A stretch of DNA of 64,000 nt from Strigamia acuminata (Eukaryota): NCBI GenBank assembly GCA_949358305.1, contig OX442314.1:7316001-7380000 (forward strand). The letters run 5' to 3'. The notes beneath the pieces are model-generated. The model did not search any database. It saw only the letters and a program-made list of their open reading frames with translations, and was not told the origin of the DNA. Shown in pieces: positions 1-11,543 of this stretch (positions are counted from its first letter, which is position 1; each line of letters starts with the position of its first letter). A program made the position numbers and the translations under genes.

Positions 1-602
1 TTCCCAATACAAAACTTGTACCCGGTCCAGCCCTGGGAATGCAAGACACTCCAGCTACATAGCAACTGGAATTAGAAAATCGTCTGTGCAGAATGGGATG
101 TGCAGTAAGAATTTAATTGTTAACACTTTGAATGTCACACCGTCACTGTGATGTGTGGTTATAAATATGGCCGAGGCTATTTCCCCAAACGTGTGGGGAA
201 ATAACATGTACCTTATTTCCCCATACATGTGGGGAAATAGTCAGCCCTCACTGGCCAGGCTGTTTCCCCACACAATCTGATTGTGATCTGATTGTGTAAA
301 CTGGAACCTCATTCTACGCTGGCAAGTGAAATTGTGAGTAATTTAATATTTTGCCACTAGGTGATAATACTTGTATAATACTTGCATAGCAGACAAGGGT
401 ATGCAAGTAACTTATTATCACCTGTTGATGTCTGATGTTTAACCTAGAGGCAAAACACGAAAGTACTCGCAATCTCAATTGCCACCCTAGAGTGAGGATC
501 CAATTTTTTTGAACACGACTGTACCTTTTCACGCCACCACAAAAGCAGGTAAAAAGATCATAACATCTACATTTATTCTATTCAATAATCAAATTGTTTA
601 TA

Positions 603-850
603 CCCTATTTTAGCGATTGAGAGTAGCCCTCGAATTGTAGCCGCCCTCAAATTGTAGCCGCCCTCGAATAGTAGCCGCTCTCGAATAGTATTATTTAACC
701 TCACGGACGATAAACGTACGCTTCGTTTGTGACGTTCAGACTTCGTTTGTTACATTAAACAAATGTAACAAATGAAAAACGGAAATTGCAATTGCTGACA
801 AAAATAGCAGTTTTTAATAAGAGCCGCGACTATTCATCAACAAAATACAC
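603..850. mobile_element. Tc1/mariner-pogo-type MITE upstream of the ENaC ATG (also 37269-37482 and about 49664-49878)
   Basis: Copy 3 shows TA|CCGTATTTT...AAAATACGG|TA. The empty site is seen upstream of copy 2 (about 30215). Confidence 0.65.
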
Positions 851-3329
851 TAATCATCAATTGTCATTACAGAATAAACCTTGGATTTAAATAAGATACA
901 ATGCGGAATAATAATTTGGTGAGGAGACTACGTCCTGCAATCCATCGATTGTTGAAGGATGATGCAAATACACTTCGATGCAACTTAGTTGGTTTGGATG
1001 ATTTCATTAACAGAGGAAAATATTGGACAAAGCGACACACCATTTGGCTACTTTTATTCTCATTTTGCATGTGCATGCTCACTTTATCAGATTTACGATA
1101 GGATAATGCATAACTTAAATTATCCTTCGGCTGTTGATGTAACGAATAGGTCGGAAGAGGTCGTTCTACCAAATTTGTTGATATGTAATAGCAATACAAA
1201 AGAAATGTCGAGACTTTGGAATAAATCTAACTCAAAATCCCAACCATCGCGTTTCGACTGCATTAACATGGTAAAAGCACTGATGGAAATCCCAACTTAC
1301 AGTCTAGAGGAAATTTGGGAAGCGAGTAATTTGACGAAAGAAGTAGTGAGCGTAAAAATAAAAGTGAAAAGATGGAATAAAGTAATTTTTACTGAGTTGA
1401 AGAAAAAATATTTAAATCTCTTTATTTTGCATAGGGATATTCTAATTCAAACAAAACATTTGTTCTGACAGAAATGATCAATTATCTGGCAATATGCTCA
1501 TCAATTCAATTTCGTAAGTATAATCAAAATTTACCACCATCAACTTCAATGGACTTTATTATTTATTGATATATAGCTAAGGCATCTAGCGAATCATTTG
1601 TCGGAAAAGTCGTAACAGCTAAAATAAAAACAAATTATGATGACATATGCCCTGCTCCGATATACAATGTAATTTTAATAAATTGCAAAAATAATTGTAG
1701 TCTACTTTTCTTTCTTCTGCCTTTAGCTTGGTCTTCATTTCTACGATTTTGGAAAATATTTTGGGATGGGACAACAATATGCCGGTGGAACAACAAAAGT
1801 TTATTTGAGTTATAACAAAGTAAAATTTTATCAAACAACGAAAGTTCCTATGCATCACCTTATTTTATTCAAAAATTTTAGTTTATTTTTCTGAATTCAC
1901 CAATAAATGAATGCTCCGGTGAAGACGAATACAAAGAATGTTATCTGAGGTGTTTATTGAAGAAATTTAAGAAGTTAACATGCAGGTAAAAAATCAAAAT
2001 AGTCAACAGACATAGTTACCATTTCCTACATCATTTCCGTTCGTTCCCTACGTTATTTCCGTTTTCTACGTGATTTCCATTTTCTACGTAATTTCCGTTT
2101 CCTACGTCATTTCCTAACCCTACATCATTTCCGCTCCTCATGACATTCCGGTTCAATTGCTGCAGCCCGCTTAGGGGAGAGAAAGATATAGTTCTACATA
2201 AAAATATAATGATTACAAGTTTTCCATCAAAGATTTCCCTTCATGAAGATCGATTTGCCGCTTTGCAAATGTTCAAAGGACATACAGATGCATTACGATG
2301 CTGCCAAGCAGTTGATTCAAACCACAAATCCCATTACTGTTTGTCTCTGTCGACGTCCATGTCATCAAATAACCTTTACACCTTCTACTGAAATAGGCAC
2401 CGGAGATGATAAAAGTACAGTATCTGTATCTCTAGCAATTGCTAATGAGAAAATTAGCGTGTATGAAGAACGATACACGTACGACGCAATTGCTCTTCTG
2501 TCAGATTTAGAAGGCAATCTGGGCCTGTTCCTAGGTATCTCTGTAATATCATTACCTGATATCATTTGGTATTTACATTATGTTGCAACAAATATTCACC
2601 GAAAGACATTTGTCGATAAGATTCGTCCTCTGTACGAGACATGCAAGAAGAAAGTCATTGCAAGCAAAGCGAAAACCACAACAAATAGAGTCTTAAAAAG
2701 GTTTAAGTTTGCGCTAGTATTTGTGACTGCGGGATTCACTTTATATTGGTTGCAAATTCGTATCAACTACTACATTGATGAACCGGTAACAACAATGGTT
2801 AAAATAGTTCAACGTCGCTACACCGAATATCAGTCATTCACGATCTGTGGTGAAAATCAAAATGATGCCATGGACGAAACCAGATCACACTTACTGAAAC
2901 ACACTAACAAAACCTGCAATGAGATATCGCCCTGGCAATTATTCAATCATGAATTGTCACTGGTCGAAATCTGGGAAACACTCAATGTTCATGACACAAT
3001 TGATATTGATAATGAGGTATGTCTGTACTAGTAGTATGTTATATTCCAAAAACAAATGCAGCAATGAAAATTATTGTTTTTGTAGGCGTTATATGGATAT
3101 AAAATTAAATTAAATATATCAAAGCATCCTATTCCACTTCCTTTTGGTAATTGTTCGCGAGTTAACACAGGTAATTGTAATGTGCTTTTGCGTTCAATTT
3201 ATGTGTTAGTTTTTATTATTGTCACTCTTTACCACCCAGCTTCACTCTAAGTTTTTATTATGGCATTTATTAAATTAACAGCATTACCATATTTTATGGA
3301 TTCTAAGATGCACTTTTATTCCCATACTA

Positions 3330-3406
3330 CCGGGTGGCCCACATAAAAGCGGCCCGAAAATGTGTGTATGTAATATTATGGGGCCGCTTTTATGTGGGCC
3401 ACCCGG
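3330..3406. mobile_element. 77-bp mini-MITE, Tc1/mariner type
   Basis: Perfect 26-bp TIRs CCGGGTGGCCCACATAAAAGCGGCCC and a TA duplication. The empty site ACTAGCTG is at about 40013. Confidence 0.8.
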
Positions 3407-3439
3407 TAGCTGTGACCGGCCATCCGTTGCTGTGGCTCA

Positions 3440-3951
3440 TAAATAAATCTCGTGGAAATAAATCCCGTGGAAATAAATCCCGTGGAAATAAATCCCATGG
3501 AAATAAATCCCGTGGAAATAAATCCCGTGGAAATAAATCCCGTGGAAATAAATCCCGTGGAAATAAATCCCGTGGAAATAAATCCCGTGGAAATAAATCC
3601 CGTGGAAATAAATCCCGTGGAAATAAATCCCGTGGAAATAAATCCCGTGGAAATAAATCCCGTGGAAATAAATCCCGTGGAAATAAATCCCGTGGAAATA
3701 AATCCCGTGGAAATAAATCCCGTGGAAATAAATCCCGTGGAAATAAATCCCGTGGAAATAAATCCCCTGGAAATAAATCCCGTGGAAATAAATCCCGTGG
3801 AAATAAATCCCGTGGAAATAAATCCCGTGGAAATAAATCCCCTGGAAATAAATTCCGTGGAAATAAATCCCGTGGAAATAAAACCCATGGAAATAAATCC
3901 CGTGGAAATAAATCCCGTGGAAATAGATCCCGTGGAAATAAATCCCGTGGA
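3440..3951. repeat. 15-bp minisatellite (GTGGAAATAAATCCC) x about 34
   Basis: Directly visible. About 8 units at 40048-40168 and about 4 at 53159-53221. Confidence 0.97.
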
Positions 3952-4395
3952 ATCTTGTGTTGTATTTACGCCCAATAGAAGTTGCTGATTTTCCAAAAAA
4001 GCATGTTTTTACCTGTCACAGGTGTGATATCCATATGAAAACCATATAACAACAGTCCCCTATTCAAATGCAATGTTGTGTCAAAATTTCAAAGCAATCG
4101 GTGAAGAACTTTCGGAGATTTGAGGTCAGTAACAGACAAACATACATTTTTATCTATATAGAATACAGTAAACACCTGTAAAAGCTGGGTGCGTCTTATA
4201 ATCGGTGATATCTTAGAACGAAAAAATGTTAACATGCAGTTTGCAATATGCAAAACGCCCAAAATCTACCTCATATACAGTGTTAGAAAAAGGTTTGAGA
4301 CCACTCCAAGTTTCTTGGTTGTAAGTCAAATTTTGACTTACGTGATAATAATACATGATAATAAAGTATTGTATAAAATTATCTGACAATAGCTC

Positions 4396-6262
4396 TGTAG
4401 ATTCCAAGCATTCAGTTGCACTGCAAAACATTTTGGATTTCCAAAAAAAAAGTCATTGGAAAGCAAAAGGTGAAATTGGATAAATTCCAGTTTGGAAATA
4501 TAATGGAAAGAAAATGAGAAATATTTTTTAGAAAGTTGAATTTCTGTAAATTTTCAACACTGAAAGATAATGTTGCAAGTTTTTGTTAAATGTATGAAAT
4601 ACTAATGTAAACTAGGTTTGGTAATTTAAATTTCTTTACTTTTCAACACTGAAAAATTTTGACCGTTTGGCCACCCTAGTGACCTACGTCACTCCACACA
4701 CCCAAGTCGTCCCCCTCACGGAGGAGTGAACCGGCGTAGCATGGGAGGAGAGAGCTGAGTGGTGTGATGAGAGAGAGACGTTGCTGAGAGAGCCGAGAGT
4801 GAGGGCGTGCCAAGGGAGGGCTGACACGGTCCGAGCACCAGCAGAGACAACTGCTGACTCTGTTCCTCTCACCATTCACCACTGTGACGCTCAGTAGCAG
4901 GAAGATGTGCCTGCTGCAGCCTCTTTGACTGTAGGTAGAACAGACAGATTTTCAAGTAAAAATTTATCGCCATATTTCTTTTTTAGGCGACCATGTAATT
5001 TTGTACTGTTAGTTCTAACGCTTTAATATCATTCAATGCGTCCCCGTGCAGATACGTGAGCAAGTGTAGCAATTTATTTATATTGTCCAGCTGCTCGTCA
5101 TCTCCATATTGCACGCTAAATGTTTTCCAGAACCCACTACAATCCTCTGGCCACCTACCATCAAATTTTGGCACTTCCAACAGCTTCCTTTTTATTGAAT
5201 TATTAGCTGCTGGTATTATGGCCAGGTTTAATTGTTGCGGCAAATTTAGAGCCACAATGGGTTGAATTGGATAATTTTGAGTGTCATACGATACAATGCG
5301 GCTCTTGTTGTTGCAGCGCAGTCTTCAATGGCGTCGAGCTCGTTGCTTACTTCATCTACCTCAAGATCGTTTTTGGCCAAGTCCATAGCCAAATTACAAG
5401 CCTTTGTTACACGAATCACTTTTCCCGCCAATTGGTCTGTCCAGATGCCGAGTATTTCCTTGGTCACTACTGGCACATCAGCAAAGGCGGTTGTGATGGT
5501 AGCCATCAACGTTTCAGCGGCCTATATGGCTGTGGTCAAGGCCCTTCTTTTCAACTTGAATTTTGGAGGCATATTCACTTGTAATGGTTATTTCTTGGGA
5601 TACTCCCGGGTTTCGGCACCAAAATGTAGATTCCAAGCATTCAGTTGGTATTATTAAAAGTCTCTGGCTTCTTTGAAAATGGAAATGTGAATTTGAAGAA
5701 AATTGAAGCATGCTACCACCATGAAGTTTGTACATTCACTGGGGTTAAACTTTATTGTCTCTAAAAATATACACAAGAAAAGCTCCTATTGGAGCGGATG
5801 TACATCATTTTAGCGATTTCATTTTAGCGATTTCATTTTAGCGACACACCATTTTAGCGAACATGTCATTTTAGCAACACAAAAACCTAGGTTTAATTCC
5901 TAAGAAGGGCCAACAAGGGGGGGCGCAGCCCCCCCTTGACCCCCCGCAAACCCAACCTTACTGGTTTTTTGATAAAAACCACTTTTTTGAGCCGGCTTGG
6001 CACTAAAACCTAGGTTTTTGTGTCGCTAAAATGACATGTTCGCTAATACGGGACTTTTTTTGGTAAAAATCGCTAAAATGAGAGTCGCTAAAATGACTAT
6101 AACCGATTGGAGCAACACTAATCCGTTAATTGGCTTCAGCTGCATTCCAAAGTGGGGAGCTGAAGCAGAGTTGACAGTTGAGTGACAACAAATCTAACCC
6201 AATTACTTAAAAAAAATAAACTAAGGTTAATGACACTAAATATTGTAATGCCAGTTTTCACA
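4396..6262 (-). mobile_element. Degenerate, internally deleted BEL/Pao LTR retrotransposon
   Basis: Flanks AGCTC/AGATC (5-bp TSD, 1 mismatch), with an empty site in copy 3. LTR end TGTAGATTCCAAGCATTCAGTTG occurs at 4396 and 5625. PBS at 5604-5621 is complementary to the tRNA-Phe 3' end. Frameshifted gag (about 5572-4983) has the BEL-type VPKFDG...FW..F...NKL..L..YL.GDA motif. Confidence 0.75.
5795..6105. mobile_element. MITE with ATTTTAGCGA subterminal repeats and 7-bp TSD (family also at about 46341-46595 and 58800-60694)
   Basis: Ends CGGATGTA...TATAACCG with TSD ATTGGAG on both sides; inserted in the BEL LTR. Confidence 0.8.
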
Positions 6263-6816
6263 AGATCAAATCAAATTAAAGAAAAAAAAATTGTTCAAAA
6301 AATGCCATTTATGGTGGAAAAAGGTTCGAGACCAATTGCAAGAGCTGATATTTCATTCAAGGCAATTTTACCCCAAATCATCATTGCTGATCCAACAACA
6401 CTGAACTGGCCAAAAAAATGAAGAGAATAAATTTATTTTAGATGGACCTGATGGTCTTCAAGACTGTTTGTATGATTTTCATCAATCACCAAATCTATTT
6501 TTTGCTGGTAGGTGATTAATGACTTAGGGTGAAATTGCCTTGAATGAAACATCAACTCCTGCATATATGTTTCACAAAACACTGCATATGTTTCAGAAAA
6601 CTCTCCATATGTTGTTAAAGTATTAATGTTTTAAAAATTCTTTCTATGAAGTCATGCATCTGAAGTTTTCATCCTGACCTTTCAAATATTTTTCAGAAAA
6701 ATCAAAGGACCTAAATTCTTACCTTTTAATTACATTACATAATGAATTTCCTCACAAACCATGTCACCAGGATCTGAAGGTAATAATTATTTATTATTTA
6801 TTGCATTCAACACTCC

Positions 6817-9800
6817 TGCTGTGTTCGGACTTCACTGCATGTTTTGTGTAGTGACGTTATCTTTGCCTCAGGCGCTGTACCCCCAGCGCCACCTTGTAGC
6901 TTGACCCCGAATAAACTTCACTTGTTAGTTCTTAGCCTAATATGACTGACCTTTCATTTCAACCATCCTCAACATAATTTGTTATTAGTAAGATATATAC
7001 TAAATGGCGACGAGATAAGGATCCGAAATCCACGTTCAACTAATGAATCCAGTAGCGACGCAAGTTTTTTCGTGTTTTTCGAACTTTTTGAGCGCTTTTT
7101 CGGCCCGTTGCTGACCACGCCGTCTCGACGTTAGGCCTACGTTCTATTGTCTCGTTTTCCTCGCGTTTTCGTACTCAACGCCGACTTTTGCCATCAATAT
7201 GTCAGCTCTAAAAGGGACGCCGCGGGAATACGATCCAACAGAGGATTGGGGCCTATATTGCAAGCGTATGACAAGTATTTTTGCTTGCAATAAGATCGTC
7301 GATGACCAGGAGAAGGTCCATACGCTCTTGTCGTACGTCGGCATGCCAACCTTCAAGCAGCTGGACACGCTCGCGGCGCCGAAGGAAGCTGCTGAATTGA
7401 AGTACGCGGATCTAGTGGCTTTGATGCAAAAAAATGCACGCGCGAAGCCGCTCGTGCTGGGAGAAATTCGCCGTTTTCACCGCCGTGATCGACTGCCGAA
7501 TGAAACCGTGCTGGAGTATTCTCTCGCTCTTCAGGACCTGGCCCAAAACTGTGAGTTCGCCAATAAAACCAACGAATTAAGAAATCGCTTTCTTTGTGGC
7601 CTCCAGAATGAGCAAGTGCAACAGGCGCTCACGTTAAAAAAAGATTTGACGTTCGACGACGCAGTCGAGTTCGCTGCCGCTGCTGAAGTGTCGCAAAAGG
7701 AATTTTCGACGATCGCGACGCAGAATGCATCGGCGCTGCCGGTGCACAAACTCCACCACGACTCCAAACCACGTCACGATGCGTCAAGGGGTAGAAAACG
7801 CTCCTCGAGGGGCACTACCTCGTTTCAACCAGGCCGCCAACCATCCAACTCGAAAGGAAATGTGTCGGCGTGTTCTGCTTGCGGCAGTAAGTCGCACACG
7901 CGTGAAGCGTGCCACTTTCGCGATGCCACGTGCCACGGATGCGGAAAAACTGGCCACATCAAACCAGTTTGCCGGTCGGTCTTGAAGTCACCAGCTCCAG
8001 TCCATGCAGTCGAGATGCCACAACAGCTCACGTACTACGCTGTCGAGCCGGATTTGACGACGACCGTCAACGCGATTGGCATTAAAGCCACACAACCAAT
8101 TATTTTGGCCATTAAAATTGCTAATGTCAATCTCCTAATGGAAATGGACACGGGAGCAGGCGCTACATTTATAAATCTCGAAACTTATACTAAATATTTT
8201 TCAAATTTTCCATTGCAGCCCCTTCCGGTCCAGATGAACACGTACGGCGGCACAACACTCCGAATGGAAGGGGTTTGCGAAGTTCCGGTTCGTCATCGTG
8301 ATCGCGATTTTCGTTTGCCGTTGTGTGTGGCGACTCACGGCCCCATTCCACTTCTTGGCCGCGACTGGCTCGAAGCATTTGGTTTGCTGTCGAAAACTGG
8401 CGACCTGGTGGGCGCGGAAGTATTTTCGTTGTCCACATCAACGCCATCGCCCGAGAAACTCGATACACCGTCGTCCAACAGATTGGACGAGATTTTGGCA
8501 CGCCATGCCGACGTTTTCCGAGACGAAATAGGCTGTTATAATGTCCACAAGGTCCACATCGACATCGATCCGACTGTTCAGCCGATTTTCCTGAAAAATT
8601 ATCCGGTTCCGCTCGCAATGAAGCCACGACTGGAGGAGGAGCTGCGCCGACTGCAATCCTTGGGTATCATTACACCTGTCGCCTCTTCCAAGTGGGCGAC
8701 ACCAATTATGCATGTCCTAAAATCAGATGGCACACTTAAGATAGCGGGATGCTATAATAGGACCATAAATAAAGCGGTTCTCCCCAACTCTTATCCTTTG
8801 CCTCTCTTCGACGATGTCGCAGCAAAGTTGTCAGGCGGTGAGACATATTCCATTTTGGATATGAATTCCGCCTACAATCAGCTCGAATTAGATCAGGAGA
8901 GCAAAGAAGTGTGTACAATTAATACCCACTTGGGTCTATTTACAGTGAACCGGCTCTTCTATGGAATTTCCAGCGCGCCAGCCATTTTCCAACGCGAGAT
9001 GGACAAATTAACAGCCAAAGTCGAGAGTACACAGCCGTTCATTGACGATTCGGCCGTGACTGGTGCCACAAACGCAGCCCACTTATGCAACCTGGATCAA
9101 CTATTGGGTGCATTTAATAAGGCGAATTTAACTTTGAATAGGAAAAAGTGCAAGTTTTTGCGTTTGTGCGTGCAATTTTTAGGGCTGAACATTTCCAAGC
9201 AAGGAATCACGCCCATCGACTCTAAGCTGGCTCCACTTCGCAACGCCATGCAGCCCAACGATGTGTTATCATTGAAATCGTTTCTGGGGCTCATAAACTA
9301 CTATGGCAGATTTATTAACAATTTATCTACATTATTAGAGCCGCTTTACCGCCTGACGCGCGACGACACTCCGTGGACTTGGGGACCTGAACAGCACAAG
9401 GCCTGGACCAAGGTGAAGGCTGCAGTGACTGTTGATTCGGCGTTGGCGCACTACGACGCGAAGAAGCAACTTTATTTGACCGTTGACGCCTCGCCTGTCG
9501 GTGTGGGCGCCTTTATTTCCCACGTAGAAAATGGAATCCATCGCCCAATTGCCTTTGCCAGTTCCCTCTTGTCCAGCGCGCAGAAAAATTATGCGCAAAT
9601 CGACCGCGAAGGACTCGCGATCGTTTATGGCGTCCGCCGCTTCCACCACCACCTGTTTGGAAGAAAGTTTATTTTGCGAACTGACCATAAACCGCTCGTG
9701 GCAATTTTTGGAGAGAAGAAAGGATGCAATCAAATTGTCGCCGCTCGCCTGCACCGGTGGGCAATTTTCCTAAGCGCCTATGATTATGCTATCGAGCATG

Positions 9801-11543
9801 TGCCTGCTGTCGACAACCAAATTGCAGACGGATTGTCTCGCAATCCTCAACCCGTAGTCGACGGTCGAGAAGACCTCGACATGCATGTTAACGAAATTTT
9901 TTCCGTTTCTCTCTCTCAGTTTCCGGTATCGCAGGCAGCTTTACGTGCAGCATACGACGCAGACGCCCAATTGCAAGCAGTTCTGCAGTGCATCCAAGAC
10001 GAATGGAAATCGAAGACACCTGACCTAATAAATTTTTATAAGCACAGGTCCGCCTTTTCCACACATGGATCATTCTTGTTCTTGTCGGAGCGTTTGGTCG
10101 TGCCAGAGCAGCTTCGCCGGGCAGTCCTGACGGAGTTGCACGCAGGACATTTTGGAATCGTGCGCACCAAGTCACTCGCTCGTTCAACAGTTTGGTGGCC
10201 GTCAATCGACCGTGACATTGAGTCGATGGTCCGTTCGTGCGACGTGTGCCAGCGCGCACTTCCGGATCCCCCTAAGACGTCCGACTTGCGTTGGCCCATT
10301 CCCGACGAAATTTGGGGGCGAATCCACCTCGATTTCGCCGGCCCCTTTCATGGCAAAATGTTCCTGTTGGCTGTGGATGCGCGCACCAAGTGGTGCGAAG
10401 TTCGTATGATGACCGCCACTACCTCGAAAGCAACAATTGCGGTTTTAAAATGTTGGTTTAAACGTCACGGCTTGCCGATCCACGTTCATTCCGACAATGG
10501 GCCGCAATTCACTTCAGCGGAATTTGTTGACTTCCTGTCACGGAACGGCATCCGACAAACTCGTTCACCGCCTTTCCACCCAGCTACCAACGGAGCAGTG
10601 GAAGGCTTCGTGAAGACATTTAAAAATCAAGTCGGGAAATTTCTAAATTTGAATTTGAGCATTTCAGAAGCCGTTGACCAATTTTTGATTGCCTATCGCT
10701 CGACGCCGCACGTTTCTACACGGACTACGCCGTCCGAGGCATTTCTACAACGAACTGTTCGAACTAGATTACATTTGTTGAACCCCCGCTTAATGCCGGA
10801 GCCAACAACTGTGGAAACGCGCCGTTCCTTCGAGCCTGGGGAATTGGTGTTCGCGCGCGACTATTCGCACGCCGCGAGATGGGTTCCTGGAATAATATCG
10901 CAGAAGACATCGTCCACCACGTACGATGTGGCCGTCGGAAATGCCATAATTTGGAACCGACATGCGGACCAGCTCCGAAGACGCCAGACTTTGCACGCCC
11001 AAACTCCGGAGGGGGGAGGGAATCGCGGACATTTTCCTTTGATAATAGACGACTCAAACCTCGGTAACACACCGCCAGTTGTACAACCGCAAGTCCTAGT
11101 TGCTCCTCCCAATTCACCCAATCTCCCAAACGTTCGTAATGCTTCTCCAGCTCCTACACCTCCTCCTGTTCCCGTCAATACTCCTGTTGTGCCGTACCGC
11201 CATCCCCAGCGTATTCGCAACCCGACACAATTTTACGGATATAATAACAGTGATTAAGTGTATTTGTTTTTATTAATCGAATTGGTACATTGTCTATCGT
11301 GAATGAATTCTATTATTGTATTTGTGATTTGATTAATGTGCCATTAATGGGGAATGATGCTGTGTTCGGACTTCACTGCATGTTTTGTGTAGTGACGTTA
11401 TCTTTGCCTCAGGCGCTGTACCCCCAGCGCCACCTTGTAGCTTGACCCCGAATAAACTTCACTTGTTAGTTCTTAGCCTAATATGACTGACCTTTCATTT
11501 CAACCATCCTCAACATAATTTGTTATTAGTAAGATATATACTA
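6817..11543 (+). mobile_element. Full-length Ty3/Gypsy LTR retrotransposon, Mag-like, in intron 8 of ENaC copy 1
   Basis: 186-bp LTRs at 6817-7002 and 11358-11543 read as identical. TSD ACTCC, with the empty site in copies 3/4. PBS TGGCGACGAG at 7005-7014; purine tract before the 3' LTR. Confidence 0.95.
7199..11257 (+). CDS. Single-ORF Gag-Pol polyprotein, 1352 aa
   Basis: Two CCHC knuckles, protease MDTGAG, RT FIDD, RNase H VDASPVGVGA, integrase HHCC and D..D(SDNG)..E. Confidence 0.95.
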   Translation: MSALKGTPREYDPTEDWGLYCKRMTSIFACNKIVDDQEKVHTLLSYVGMPTFKQLDTLAAPKEAAELKYADLVALMQKNARAKPLVLGEIRRFHRRDRLPNETVLEYSLALQDLAQNCEFANKTNELRNRFLCGLQNEQVQQALTLKKDLTFDDAVEFAAAAEVSQKEFSTIATQNASALPVHKLHHDSKPRHDASRGRKRSSRGTTSFQPGRQPSNSKGNVSACSACGSKSHTREACHFRDATCHGCGKTGHIKPVCRSVLKSPAPVHAVEMPQQLTYYAVEPDLTTTVNAIGIKATQPIILAIKIANVNLLMEMDTGAGATFINLETYTKYFSNFPLQPLPVQMNTYGGTTLRMEGVCEVPVRHRDRDFRLPLCVATHGPIPLLGRDWLEAFGLLSKTGDLVGAEVFSLSTSTPSPEKLDTPSSNRLDEILARHADVFRDEIGCYNVHKVHIDIDPTVQPIFLKNYPVPLAMKPRLEEELRRLQSLGIITPVASSKWATPIMHVLKSDGTLKIAGCYNRTINKAVLPNSYPLPLFDDVAAKLSGGETYSILDMNSAYNQLELDQESKEVCTINTHLGLFTVNRLFYGISSAPAIFQREMDKLTAKVESTQPFIDDSAVTGATNAAHLCNLDQLLGAFNKANLTLNRKKCKFLRLCVQFLGLNISKQGITPIDSKLAPLRNAMQPNDVLSLKSFLGLINYYGRFINNLSTLLEPLYRLTRDDTPWTWGPEQHKAWTKVKAAVTVDSALAHYDAKKQLYLTVDASPVGVGAFISHVENGIHRPIAFASSLLSSAQKNYAQIDREGLAIVYGVRRFHHHLFGRKFILRTDHKPLVAIFGEKKGCNQIVAARLHRWAIFLSAYDYAIEHVPAVDNQIADGLSRNPQPVVDGREDLDMHVNEIFSVSLSQFPVSQAALRAAYDADAQLQAVLQCIQDEWKSKTPDLINFYKHRSAFSTHGSFLFLSERLVVPEQLRRAVLTELHAGHFGIVRTKSLARSTVWWPSIDRDIESMVRSCDVCQRALPDPPKTSDLRWPIPDEIWGRIHLDFAGPFHGKMFLLAVDARTKWCEVRMMTATTSKATIAVLKCWFKRHGLPIHVHSDNGPQFTSAEFVDFLSRNGIRQTRSPPFHPATNGAVEGFVKTFKNQVGKFLNLNLSISEAVDQFLIAYRSTPHVSTRTTPSEAFLQRTVRTRLHLLNPRLMPEPTTVETRRSFEPGELVFARDYSHAARWVPGIISQKTSSTTYDVAVGNAIIWNRHADQLRRRQTLHAQTPEGGGNRGHFPLIIDDSNLGNTPPVVQPQVLVAPPNSPNLPNVRNASPAPTPPPVPVNTPVVPYRHPQRIRNPTQFYGYNNSD

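Larger units (their letters stand above)
3325..4162 (-). mobile_element. Non-autonomous Helitron-like element carrying a minisatellite (relatives at about 40013-40290 and 53143-53431)
   Basis: The minus strand starts TCTATATAG and ends in a GC-rich hairpin plus CTAG|T (intact in copy 3). No TSD seen. Confidence 0.5.

Noticed and set aside
314..532. Recurrent short minus-strand ORFs (also 36994-37251 and 49354-49647)
   Set aside because: They overlap MITEs in duplicated upstream DNA and their frames are not conserved.
3440..3951. CRISPR array
   Set aside because: No unique spacers, no cas genes, and a eukaryotic context.
3334..3996. Repetitive ORFs (GNKSR)n, (EINPV)n, (GFIST)n
   Set aside because: Translations of an intronic 15-bp minisatellite whose copy number varies between paralogues.
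5604..5621. tRNA-Phe gene
   Set aside because: Only the 3' 18 nt including CCA, next to an LTR end: a primer-binding site.
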